Below the pieces are notes generated by a model. That model saw nothing but the letters and a program-made list of their open reading frames with translations, was not told where the DNA came from and did no database searches. DNA of 64,000 nt from Gonapodya sp. JEL0774. Its lineage: Eukaryota. The first letter of the stretch is position 1; every line of letters begins with the position of its first letter. A program made the translations under genes and the position numbers. Shown one piece after another: positions 25,479 to 36,898 of the stretch. The stretch covers positions 62,001-126,000 of the forward strand of contig JADIIX010000013.1 in the NCBI GenBank assembly GCA_027604505.1. Direction: 5' to 3'.

Positions 25479-27525
25479 TTAGGATTCCCCCCTTTCCATT
25501 CCCGCCATTTCCCGGTACAATTCAGCCGCCTCACGCACTCTGGAGTTGGAAATGCAAAAGGACAAAATTTCCGCCAAGGATCCCTGCAATCGTTTGTGCG
25601 AAATGCGTTCTTGCAGAAGGGATGACAGGAACATACATACCTGATTGTTTTTGTTTGGGGAGTGTAGCAGGAGGCGGGAGATCAAAGATACGGATAAGTG
25701 GACTTCCCGGCATGCTGTCCGCCACGACCCCAAACCAGGTATGCTCACTAGCCTCACTCTCCGCTCCAACTCGCTCCTCTCAGCGTCCTGCTCGCATTTT
25801 GCAACCGCAGCCGCAACGAACTCTCCCACAAAATCCTCGGTCAATCGCGGTGAATCAACACGGGACACGTGGGACGCCACTTCAAGCACGTGCAGTGTAA
25901 TTGGGAGGCTTATGAGTGTGGCGAGGTAGCTACCGAGGTGGAAGATGGATAGTTGCACGTACGAGCAGGATGTGTCGGCTTTCGCAGGCAACCCCACCTA
26001 GATCCCACCCCCGCCTCAATTGCCATCTCGATGGCTTTCGCAGTCATATCCGTATTATGCTCCACGAGGGCTGCGATCCGTTCTCGCTCTGCCGGTCCGA
26101 GCACTTCCGTGATAACGATGGGATTGCTGCGGATTGCATTTAAAACGAGCTGGTTCAGGCATAGCAGGCCACGCAATATAAAATTAATTAACAGATATGC
26201 TTTGGTTAGATAGCAGTATTCTGGGGACAAAATTTGCTTGACTTTCATTATACGTTGTCGATGACTCACCTCTTCTTCATCCCTCCGCAAACCCGTCGTT
26301 ATCGCCACATCCAGAGCTAGCACAGCCTTATCGAGCACAACAGAGTTCACGCAGGCAGAGTAATCGTAACGGAGTAGAGCCAGCAAACTTGCTGGTGGGA
26401 CGCCGCGTGTCGAGACGGGCGACTATCTTCCCAAAGAATGCGTAAGGAGGGAAATGGAGGTGTCATTTGTGCCGTGTAGCGAGCTTGCACTAGCTGCCAC
26501 TCACGGAATGGGTAGAGTCCGTGAATTGTCGGGGTCGGCGCCATCGAAGTGCTGTGACGGAAGGTATGGTGGAGAATAGTGTCGTGGCGAGAGAGAGTGC
26601 CGTCGTGTGGGGTAAATGGAGAAAGCTGGTGACAGAAGAAAGGGAGAGTTGTATGGGATTAAGAATACTTAAAACTCTCGCTGAAATCTTCCGTATTCGG
26701 TTTTCCCACGTTTATTCAAAATTACCGCGCGCACACACACAGAGTATTCCACCGAACCTCTTTTTGTCGTCGGACAATCTCCCCATTTATAGTTATAATT
26801 CCCACTCACCTCTTCCTCCCTCTCCGATTCTCCGCTTCAGTTCCAGGATAAGGCTCCTTCCTGGCCCCCGCGGCCCCCTTCACCTGCTCCTCCATCCAGA
26901 GAAGTGGTCGTCGAGCAGCAAGAGCTCGTCGTAAATCCCATGCCGAGACACGTGACAGTGTCTGTTCAACGGTTCGCGGGGTGTTCTGTCAACACCAATA
27001 CATGTCATTCAAACAGTCGGCTCACCTCACCCCTTCCACTCAAAATTTCTACCGCGACCCACTCATCCATCTCTAGTTCTTCACCTTTCATCTTCTCCTC
27101 GAGGTATATGCCCAAGACCGCCTCCGCATTGGAATCCCCAGCCCGTTTGGCAAAGAAATTAATTAAATACGGAAGTAAAAGCCGGGAATAGGGCTTGAGG
27201 TCATTGATTTGGGAGTCAACAGTGTGAGCAGGTTGTCAGGGCTCTGGTCTTCACCTCATCGTATTTCCCCGACTCCGACGGCCCTTCCATACTCCGTCGC
27301 GTCACGGAGAACTACACTCACATCTCCTATGATACCTTCTTCAGCCAAGACAGCGAGTGCCGCGGCCACCCTCGGGACACTCCCGTCAATGTCGCCTCCA
27401 GCTGCGAGGGCTCGTTCCAGCGCGAGAGAGGCGGTTTCAAGAGGTAATGTTGAAAAAAGGAGATGATGGAAAACAATAGATGTCTCAGCTGGGGACAGAA
27501 GGGCGGTAGTAGGGAGTGGTGGCAT
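25479..27525 (-). CDS. CNOT11: CCR4-NOT transcription complex subunit 11 (multi-exon)
   Basis: C-terminal DUF2363 pattern: ALVEHNTDMTAKAIEM..YLATLISLPITLHVLEV..FVGEFVAAAVAKCEQ..RRVRLV|CMFLSSLLQ..EILSFCISNSRVREAAELYR. Confidence 0.88.
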
Positions 27526-27696
27526 CGGAATTGATGATCGGTTTAGTTCTGCCAGACGTCGCGGGGCAAAGCACTGTGATCGATTTCGGGTAACTTCTCA
27601 ACAACGTAGTCTATGAAAGTCAATTACTACGAGACAATTATAGCTCAAAGCCATATCTACCAATCCTCTCATTCATGCCACGTTCCCCCGGGGCAC

Positions 27697-29537
27697 CTAG
27701 TAACCCCCTATTCCCTTCCCTCCTCGCCCCACAACCGCCCCACCTACATCACTGTATACCATAGCCGACACCGCTCCAGTCCGGAAGAGGAACGATTTGA
27801 GGGGGCGAAGCAGTACCAGGCAGAGGAGGAAGAAGGCTAATGCGTGCGGTGGTGGTGATCGGATGTGTTAAGCGCCTCCTGATACCGGTCATCAAAACGT
27901 GACAGTTTCATACTCACCGGCATACCTCCCCCCTGCATTTCCCACCGTCTCCATAAACCCCGGTCTATACCAAATTCGACTCTCTGGGTATCGCAGCTCT
28001 CCCTGGATCACAAATGGCTCTCCCTGTGCACGGCCTGTTGTCCATGTCGGGTACGGACAGTGCGAGTAGGTACGAACTGTCGATTCAGCAGAGTGAAGCA
28101 AGGAGTGCATGAGAGTGAGGAGTGCGCAAGGTCATGCTAGATCACCAACGAACCATCCCTCCCCCAAAACTCCCCCACCATATTGTCCCATGTCCAATTG
28201 CCACGTGTCCCTAGGCCGTCCCCTTCTCCCAGATTCGAAAACCCCCCTCCACCATACCGCACTCCTTTCACTCCCGCCGGTACCGGCCCTCGCTGCTCCA
28301 CAACCAGATCGCAGTGTAACGATAGCCGGGAGCTGGATACGGGGTGGGTGTAGTGGAAGAGGGCGAGAGAGGAAAAGGAGAGGGGGAGGGGGGACTTAAA
28401 GAAGCACGTTAAAAGGGATCGGGGAAATTGAAGAGCGAGAATGTTGAGATTGACACGGCAGGTGTACTGCGCAACTCTACCCATGACTGCCCTTGAGGGG
28501 GTTTACGTCTTGGCGGTCAGCTAACAGGCGTTGTGTCCCACTGTGTTACTTCCGTCACCTCCAATCCCTATCGCTTCATGGAATAACTTGGATTAGGGTG
28601 TCCTCAGCGACCGTCTCCCACACCCTCAATCCCAACACCCATCAACAGGAATACACTGAACCCCTAACACCCGTTGGTCCTTCACGCATACATACCCCAA
28701 CCTCCACTTCCACTACCATGGCCATTCTCACGGCCAAGATTCTCTCCGTATCCATGAGCGGAACTGATATGCGAAAGGAGAGAACGTCGGGTCGACCATC
28801 GCGGTTGTGGTCCAGTTCGGCAGTCTAGGGGGAGATTGAGGAAGTCGATAATAAGAAGTAATAGAAGAGATATAACAGAGACACAACTGGGCTCGTCTCT
28901 GCAGTTTTGATGGTGTCCTGGACCTTCCGACTGAGAAATGCATCTGGTGCGCAAGGAAAAGGGGAGCTAGGGGCTCATATGAGCATGCTCGCAATCATGT
29001 TCCTGCAGCACGAGCGGCTGGCTCCAGTAGCACGAACACCTGTGTGATAAGAGATCCAGGCGAGTTCACGTACCTTTACAGTCGCGGCCCTCGCCTGAGC
29101 GCCCAATGCCTTGAACAAATAATTTTTCGTAGAGTAAGCTATCGTCAAAGGTTGTGGTTCGGCGTAGGAAGATGAAGCTGCTTGCTCAAGTACGCCGTCG
29201 AGTTGGAGGATGAGATGGCGGGTGTACGTGATGAAGGGCTGTGTCCGGAAATGGGATTCTTTCGGCCATAGATCTGTATGAGTGTGTTCACGCAAAGGGA
29301 CAGTGGTCAATGGGAGGGGAACAGTGTTTAGCAATTGAGTTGACATTGCGAATAACGAGACAGCGGGGAGCGGCATGACAGAGCAGAACATCAGCACGCA
29401 CTGTTTGCGGAGTAGGCGAGAGCGAACGGTAGGATGATTACAAAGGCGATCCACGTAGAAGAGAACAAGAACGCAGAAGAGAATATTGCGGCGTGGTAGT
29501 AGTTGCGGAGGGGTTCTGAATGGACCGCGATGGACAT
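27697..29537 (-). CDS. TMEM231: Ciliary transition-zone MKS-module protein TMEM231 (multi-exon)
   Basis: Spliced segments MSIAVHSEPLRNYYHAAIFSSAFLF; LWPKESHFRTQPFITY; IAYST..LGAQARAATVK; ELDHNRDGRPDVLSFRISVPLMDTERILAV; PYPTWTTGRAQGEPFVIQGELRYPESRIWYRPGFMETV; LKSFLF. All are collinear with known TMEM231 motifs. Confidence 0.88.
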
Positions 29538-29885
29538 TTGCGGTGAAAGAAACCGGGATACTATGTCTAGAACTGATTGGATTCGAGTGAAAAACAGGAG
29601 AAAATGGTGGATTCGATTCGGTTATTGAAGAAGACCTGATGAACAAGGAGATGCGGACGGAGGCTCATCCGTCTTCAGTTTGCACCCAGTCAACACCAGA
29701 CACTCATGTGCCGATGCGAGATGCTTGCGGACTTCATTGTAAGCATTGTATCCAGAAGAATTTCCAGATATATTGAATCAATACAATTAAATTGTTTACG
29801 GTGATTTGGTCGGATCAGTCTTCGCAACGTCTCCGGATAATAAGAGTGTCGACCTTCTGGACCGTCTAATTCTGGGTCTTGTTCA

Positions 29886-31742
29886 ATGCGACTGCGCGCG
29901 ACGGTGATTGACACAGACATTCTGTCGAGTACGTGATTCGTAGCGCTCTCCTTGATTCCGTCTCAGTGGCGTCTTTCACGACCATCCTTGCTCGCTATTT
30001 TTTCACCCCACCCAAGGAATCGCCCAGAGCGTCCACTCACTCGCTAAAATATGCATCACTCGAATAACTCCCTCGAAGCTGTTTTTCATTGTCGCGGACA
30101 CAAACTCTGACTCGGCTGTCCAGCTGTGGGCTCACATCGAGGCTGTGGGTGTCTTCACCTCCGAATCCGACATTTGATTCGAAGCAAATACACACCATTA
30201 TGTCTTCAAAATCATACCCACCGCTCGGTTTCTCTTGTCCATCCTCCGCCGTTCCCGCCCACCGTCTTACGTTTCCCACCATAGGACAAAATCTTTGAAG
30301 AGTTCCGAATAGAATCCCAAAACAACAACGAGGTCCGTCTTTTGCTAATTCCCTCATCCTCCCAATCGGCGAACCCCTATAAATGGTCTCCTCTTTGGTC
30401 CTCTACCAACCTACACACTCCACTGCCCCCCCGCTCCATCACCAGATCTGGCTCGAACTCGCCCCTGACCTTCTCGCTCGCGCCCTAAAATCTTCCTCTC
30501 ACGCCGCTGGCACCTTGCTTCGCCTCACCAAGCGCGATAACAATGCCGTGTTGTCGTTTCAGGTGTCCGCGATGGTGAGTGTGGCTTCCACACTCTTCGG
30601 AATGGAGAAGAGGCGCTTTTGGCAAGAACCCCCTGTAGATTTCACTACACTATAGGAGCAGACCACCGCAAACTTGGGAAATAACGCGTAGAGATTTGAA
30701 GTGATCATTTCATCACAAAACGCGCAGCTGCAGATTCTGTCACCAGCAGGGAATCATGGACGTGGTCTGTTCTGTTCTCCCCCGCGACTCCACATCTCAC
30801 CGACTTGGTGCTTCCGCGCCATGTTATCACCAATCATTTCCCTCATCCTCACCCCTAGTCCCGCACCCAAAAATCCGTCCTCATAACCCAAGATGTCCCC
30901 GTCCGAGTGCTAGGCAAGCAGCAAACTGACGCGGTGGTGGAACCCATGGTTCCAGATCCCCAGGTGCGTGTTACTTTGGCGTGTGCGGGGAATGTGGTTT
31001 TCTTAATCTTCAAAGTCGATCGGGCGTCATTGGATGATGCATTGCGCTAATTTGCGAGTGAAGCACAGAACAGGAAAGCTGCGGCATCAAGCTCGAATCT
31101 CAAATCTTGACCATACATCTTGTGCGATCCTAGGTCCACATCCTCCCCCCGCCCCTCTCTGCCCTCCGCCCTCTGATCGACCGTCTCAAAACGCTCTCCA
31201 GCCAATGCGTTGTGTCAGCCAACATGCGCGGTGAGTGGCGCGTGGAAGCCGTCGCAGAGGGTGTGAGCGTGGAGGCGAGGTGGGGTGGTTTGGAGAATGT
31301 GGGCGACGGTGAGTCGGTTATCGTCCTTTCCCAACAGCACCGCCGGTGAACCAAGACGTCATTTGACCGCACACCGCAATTTGCCACCGCTCCTACCCTC
31401 ACGGTCCAGACCTCGACCTACACCCGTCTCAACCTCAACGAGATCCAGCGGCCTTCGCGAGGACTCGTGTAGATGCACGGGACTTTGCAAAGTTCTTGCG
31501 GAGTGATGTGGTGAATCCCTCTAAGGTCGTTTGTTGTGAGTAGATATCGGGGGACACCAGAGGTGCCGGTGTCGAAAGGGTTCCTGGATCGTTATCTAAA
31601 CACCTTCTTCGCACCTTCACCTCGCGACGGTCCCACTTTTGGCTCAGGTCTCATTGAAAATCATGCTCTAGTATTCTACGTATACATACGTGATGAGGGG
31701 ACAGGAGCGCTGACGTATTTTATTCCTTTGAGGAAGGAATGA
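29886..31742 (+). CDS. HUS1: 9-1-1 checkpoint clamp subunit Hus1 (multi-exon)
   Basis: MRLRATV..; VQLWAHI; IFEEFRIESQNNNE; IWLELAPDLLARALKSS..LRLTKR; QDVPVRVL..EPMVPDPQVHI; LIDRLKTLS..VSANMRG; VDARDFAKFL; ALTYFIP. Confidence 0.92.
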
Positions 31743-32133
31743 TGGTCAGATGCCAAGGAGTGGGAAGAAACCAGAGGCACATTTAGACAACGGATCTCAT
31801 ACGAAACGTGATGCTCATTGACTTGTATATATGAACATATCAAATCGGTGCGACATGAAACTCGGATGTGGGAAACTGCAAGACCGAGAATATAATAGTT
31901 TGTATATCTTGACACAAAATTGATGATCAAAACTAGCTTGAGACAGAGTATATAATGCAATCCATGGTCGAGCGCCGTCAACGCACGAATGTCTTTCTCG
32001 TTCCTGTTGATGCAACTGAAGGGATGTCCACACACATCCTGTGACGAAACCAATGCGAGCACCCTCAATCTTGTGCTCAAATTTTCGTGCAAATTACGAT
32101 CATCCTCGTCATTCTTCATCGACCTCCCCCATC

Positions 32134-34473
32134 TCACAGACTGCTCCCCACATACTCGACCCGTCGATCAGATATGTAACCAGCTACCTCTCCGAATGAT
32201 GACCACCAGCTCCCCACAATTCTTGAACTACCACCTAAAATCCACATGTCGGCGACGGCGTACCTCACACACTGTACTGATCGGTTCCCACAATCGCCAT
32301 TGTCGAGCCAGTGCACTCGGGGGGAGACTCGAGCCGCAAGTTGCGAGATCGCAGTCGGTGAGTCTGATGTGACAAATACTGGAAGTGAAGTGTTCGAAAG
32401 AAGGGCAGCAAAAGAATCCACGTCCGAGGTGGCCAGGCGCGCTTCGGTGAGCTTTCGCCAATTGTCTTCAGAGTAGTCTTCTTCCAGGAGGCCCTTGAAC
32501 TCATCAAAGGGCTTTAGAGCCCGGATGTGCATCCCCACGTACGGACCGTTGCCCAGCTCTGTCTTCACTTGCTCAATCATTTCGCGAATAGGACCCACAG
32601 GCACGAGTGAGTGTAGGAAACCCGTGATTTCTTTGAAATTGGCTCCAGCGGTGTGGTTAAGCAGGTATGCACTCCGAATGTGGACATGCTGCACATGGTA
32701 GATTTGCGATTTCGCAAGGGGCCGGACAGATGGATCCATTCCTGTCGTGGTGTCAATGCGACTTCGAACACCACCGTCACTGTCCATGTACGAATACCAG
32801 TGGGTGAAGGACTGCGTGGCATTGCGCTCGAGCGGATCCACCGAGTCATTCCACACGTCTAGATCTCCCACTTCAAAGAGTTCGTCGAAACGGGCACCAC
32901 AGTGGGCGTCGGGGACCCATACGATCCGAAGATGCCAGCCCACTGCTTTTGCCACCGACACAGCCGACGCAAGAGCACGGAGACGGTTCGATAAGCCATG
33001 TCGAACCTCGATTGTGAGAATGCCTGCGACTCGGGGAGGCGATGAGGCGAGAGCGTTGAGTGGGATTATACCTTCGGTCGCGATTGTGAACGTTCGGAGT
33101 AGCGACGCGAGGTACGGTGAGGGGAGGTCGAGGTAGGAAAGTGGGAGGTGGAAGCCATATTTGCGTAAGGTGGTGCCATACGCGGTGAGGTCGATCGACC
33201 GCTTCTGTTCCTCAGACACAGAGTCCTTCAACGAGGGCGGGTGGGAAACCAACTCGGCCTGCAGTGTCTGTAGGACAAAGCACGTATTGCTTTTACAGTA
33301 GTCTGAGCCCACGCGCTCGGTTCTAAGTTTGAATTTGGACCCCGTTATGTTTCCAGGCCATTGCGGTACCGCAGCCGATAATAGGCTGTTCCGCAGTGTT
33401 TCGAACTCGACATTGGTGATTTTTCGCCTTCCCCCCTGACCAGATACTCGCATGTAATCGGTGTGTTGAATGTGGGTGATGGAACCGGCGGGGAAATCGA
33501 GCTGCCTGGTCCCGTTCCGTTTGTCGTTTGACCGGAGGACCTTCAGACGCTCGTAGAGATTGCTGTCATCCCACCCATAAGTCTGGATTCGTTCATCGTA
33601 GCCTCGAACAGCGTGCAAATCAGCGGCACGGGCGGCGAAATCACCGTTGATGTGGAAATCGTTTTCAGTGACGGCTGTTCTCCAGTTGCCCGAGACAAAA
33701 CTGAACGGTGGGAGGATGTGACTATCGGGACTAGCTTTGTATGATTGGTTCTTCTCTAGAGCTGAGAGAGTTTCGAAAATGTCTGCGCGTACCGTGACGT
33801 CGCAGTCCAGCTTTAGAATAACGCTTTCCTCAAGAGGCGCTCTAGGTGCGTCGGTAGTGGATATTATAGCACCTTGTGCCAGCTCGCTCAGGGATAATAG
33901 GGGCATCGTCGCAACATATAGAGCGAGGTTGTTAGCCCAAGAGAGAATCCACGGGAGACGTTGTCCGTCTGCAACCTCCGCATTTACAATCCTCGAGGCT
34001 TCGACCAAGATGACGTTTGTGCGCTGAGCGCACTGCTTGAATGCCTCCCCAACACTATGGTTTGTCTGGGGATTTTCATTCCTCCATTCCGCAAGAACCT
34101 CCTCCACAACCGGCCTCATGCCAGGCTCGGACGACCAGTCGACAATTACGATCTGACCAACAGGTTTCGTGGTACGAATCCACGAGCCTAACGATGTGCG
34201 GAGGTGGTCGGGCCGGTTCTGGCAAGCAGCAACGATCGTCAATTCGTTCGAACACATTTGGATCGTCGACTTGACAGTGGTGGGTTTAGATGAATGCGTT
34301 CCCACTGTATACTGTCCCAAATTAGTTCGACTTCGTTCATTGTGATGCGTATCACGCGCGATTGCTTTCATCACCACCGGATCATTCGTGTCGAACAATC
34401 GCCACAGAACCAGCCCGATAACGGCGAGACAGAAGCTGATGCCTAAAAGTCGGCGACGAGCTGAGAACGCCAT
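32134..34473 (-). CDS. Intronless type II membrane bifunctional glycosyltransferase: GT-A (GT2/GT7C galactosyltransferase-like) + GT-B fucosyltransferase-like domain
   Basis: Anchor RRRLLGISFCLAVIGLVLWRLF. GT-A motifs: AACQNR, IVDWSS, KLDCD, GYDERIQTYGWDDSNLYERL. FucT-like motifs: HGLSNRLRALASA, YVGMHIR, VFVTSDS, VADMWILGGSSRIVGSWWSSF. Confidence 0.85.
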   Translation of the reverse strand: MAFSARRRLLGISFCLAVIGLVLWRLFDTNDPVVMKAIARDTHHNERSRTNLGQYTVGTHSSKPTTVKSTIQMCSNELTIVAACQNRPDHLRTSLGSWIRTTKPVGQIVIVDWSSEPGMRPVVEEVLAEWRNENPQTNHSVGEAFKQCAQRTNVILVEASRIVNAEVADGQRLPWILSWANNLALYVATMPLLSLSELAQGAIISTTDAPRAPLEESVILKLDCDVTVRADIFETLSALEKNQSYKASPDSHILPPFSFVSGNWRTAVTENDFHINGDFAARAADLHAVRGYDERIQTYGWDDSNLYERLKVLRSNDKRNGTRQLDFPAGSITHIQHTDYMRVSGQGGRRKITNVEFETLRNSLLSAAVPQWPGNITGSKFKLRTERVGSDYCKSNTCFVLQTLQAELVSHPPSLKDSVSEEQKRSIDLTAYGTTLRKYGFHLPLSYLDLPSPYLASLLRTFTIATEGIIPLNALASSPPRVAGILTIEVRHGLSNRLRALASAVSVAKAVGWHLRIVWVPDAHCGARFDELFEVGDLDVWNDSVDPLERNATQSFTHWYSYMDSDGGVRSRIDTTTGMDPSVRPLAKSQIYHVQHVHIRSAYLLNHTAGANFKEITGFLHSLVPVGPIREMIEQVKTELGNGPYVGMHIRALKPFDEFKGLLEEDYSEDNWRKLTEARLATSDVDSFAALLSNTSLPVFVTSDSPTAISQLAARVSPRVHWLDNGDCGNRSVQCVRYAVADMWILGGSSRIVGSWWSSFGEVAGYISDRRVEYVGSSL

Positions 34474-34776
34474 GAAGATCAGCAAGTGTGTCAGCTAAGT
34501 ATGATTCCGGGGCCCAGAGCACTGGTTTCGATTGCCAACTGTGTTCGGAGGTGATGACTCCGATGTCAAACGAGCGCGAGATCTACTTCAAACGTCCTCG
34601 AGAAGCAATTATATTCGCCTGACACCTTTTCGGTTAAGGCCGCGAGGGGCGTGTCAATTCGAGAAAGTGTAAATGGTATGTTATCAATCCGATCAAAATA
34701 AGTGCTACCCCTTGTCCAACTTCAGGTGTGCAAACTTAATGTCATTCAAGTAAAATTTATGAAGTGTGAGACTGTA

Positions 34777-36811
34777 TCACGCCAAAATTGCGTTCTCCTC
34801 TTTCGTTCCGGCAGGTACAGAATCGGTCGGTTGACCAACGGAAACGGGCAAAGTTTTCCCAACCCTTATTCCTTCGAGCTGCTCAACCAGCATGTCCATT
34901 TCCGATTCGGCGTTCACCGCCGAGCTCTCCGACGAGGCTACGTCTGTATGTTCAGTCGGCACAACTGGCGAAGTTTTCTCTGAAGGAACCATCGCAGGTT
35001 TTCCAGCTTCCCCAAGTCTGTCCAGTTCTTCCAGTTCCTGCGCTTTCGTAAGCTCTTCCAACTCCTGTTCAAGCTCCTCCTCATCTAATCCCATCTCCTC
35101 TTGAGCAGCCTTGTTCTCCCGGTCCAAAGCTTCAGCTACCTCCCTCTGGTCAGCAAGCGCTTCGCGAAGATCGTCACCGACACGCTCAACACGCTCAGGC
35201 GTGAGGTTGTGGTGAGTGAGGAGGGAGCTTAGGGCGCTGGAAGCCAGTTCCATGGTAGAAAGAATCTGCGAGGTGGACGAATGGATAGGCATTAAGGTTT
35301 GTAGACGCAATGAAACACACCAACATTGTCGCTTGATCTTCTCACGCCATATGCCCCTCATGTTCTCATAATGGATTCTCGAAGGGCGAACCGACAATTC
35401 GGCTTCCCCCGCCAACTTCACCTCGTGGGTACTCACTTCTGCTTGAGCTGATGTCTCTCCCAGTTTCTCAATCACCTCTCCTACAGCATCAACCTGTGTT
35501 TGCCTCTTCGCCAGAGTGTTATCCACTGACTTTGTCTTCTTCAGCAGGCGTAACGCCTCCCGGCGATCCTTGCGCGCGAGAGCTTTCTTGAGACCATCGT
35601 TCAGTTGGACATGTTGGAGGCGGAGGGCGTTCAAAGACACCAGGAGAGTGCGATGCGTCAGTTTTAGTCGAGATATTGTTAGATCCAGAGAGGTAAAGGG
35701 GTCCGGGACTCGCAGAACAGATGCAGTTGGTGTCATTAAAACAGAGGAGGCGGAGTCTGCGGTGAGAGAAATGGGATACGTGGTTGGAGCGTGGAACTTG
35801 AGGAGCTGGAACTGAGGGTTAGACTCCGCGAGCATCTCTGGCTACCCTTCCCGTACGGAGCTCTATGTCAAAATGAACCCACCATTTCGCTTCCTTCACC
35901 CTCGATCCTCCATAGACCCCTTCTTGCCCCCCAACTGACTATCAGTTCCCAATCTGTGTCGGAAACAATATCTGTTACGTCGTCCATTTTCTTTTCGAGC
36001 CTGAGCGACTCATGATAATCATCCTTAAGAGTCAAAAGTGGTCGCAGATCGTCGCTGGGTTGGCGGCGAGTGGACAGATGGTACTTGAGAAGCAGACACG
36101 CAAAACGCTGAGGGGGGAGGGGGGGATACATCAAACAAAGACATTGTTGGATAATCCCATCCATTAAGCAAGCAGCTGATTTCCAAGGTAACATAAACAG
36201 TCTGATCGTTCCTGCTCATTCCGCGGAGGTGGGCAAGTGTAAAATGGTGTTCTGGTCACATCAAGAAAATCTTCCCTCCTACGCATGGAGCCAATGGGGA
36301 GAACTTGCACAAACTTACATCAACTACAGGTGTTAGCACGTAATGACCCACTCCCACTCTCTCGTCACCAGCCGCACCAATGCCCGCCCAAACGAAGCTG
36401 CTCACAGTCCTCCACGCCCAGTTCAGAAATCCTTTCGATTGCTGTAGGTCAGACACTGGTATCAACGTCCCTTCATTGCGCATTGTCTCCTTAATCGCAA
36501 ATGGTTGGGTGACTGTGAGATAGGTCGAGCGTGACTGCCGGGAGGCCTCTCACCAGCACCTGATCCAACGTGAACGGATATCGGCCAGAATCATCCGCAA
36601 AAAGAGTTCTAAAGTCTGGAGTCAAATTCAACACCACTTTCGAGTTTCCCAACAGCCCTCTTCGCGCACATTCCAGAATGAGATTTCGCCAGAACGTGAG
36701 GCGGTCAGCAACAGCGACAGGAGCCACAGACTTCGCAAATAGACCGCCAAGACGTATCGGGTCTTGCCATTGAGGCAAAGAGTGCAGGTATAGTCGAAGA
36801 TCGTCGGACAT
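34777..36811 (-). CDS. CHMP7: CHMP7/Chm7 ESCRT-II/III hybrid protein (Snf7 family; multi-exon)
   Basis: N-terminal RLGGLFA...LTFWRNLILECARRGLL and FLNWAWRTV. Snf7 domain ARKDRREALRLLKKTKSV..VIEKLGET..|ILSTMELASSAL..ERVERVGDDLREALADQREVAEAL..DEEELEQELEEL. Confidence 0.85.
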
Positions 36812-36898
36812 TTGACCTCCCCTGCATGCTTTGGTCTGGTGCAGAGATCGGCTGAAAACTGAACACAGCATCCACAGTGCGAGCGAAACGAATGTTCG

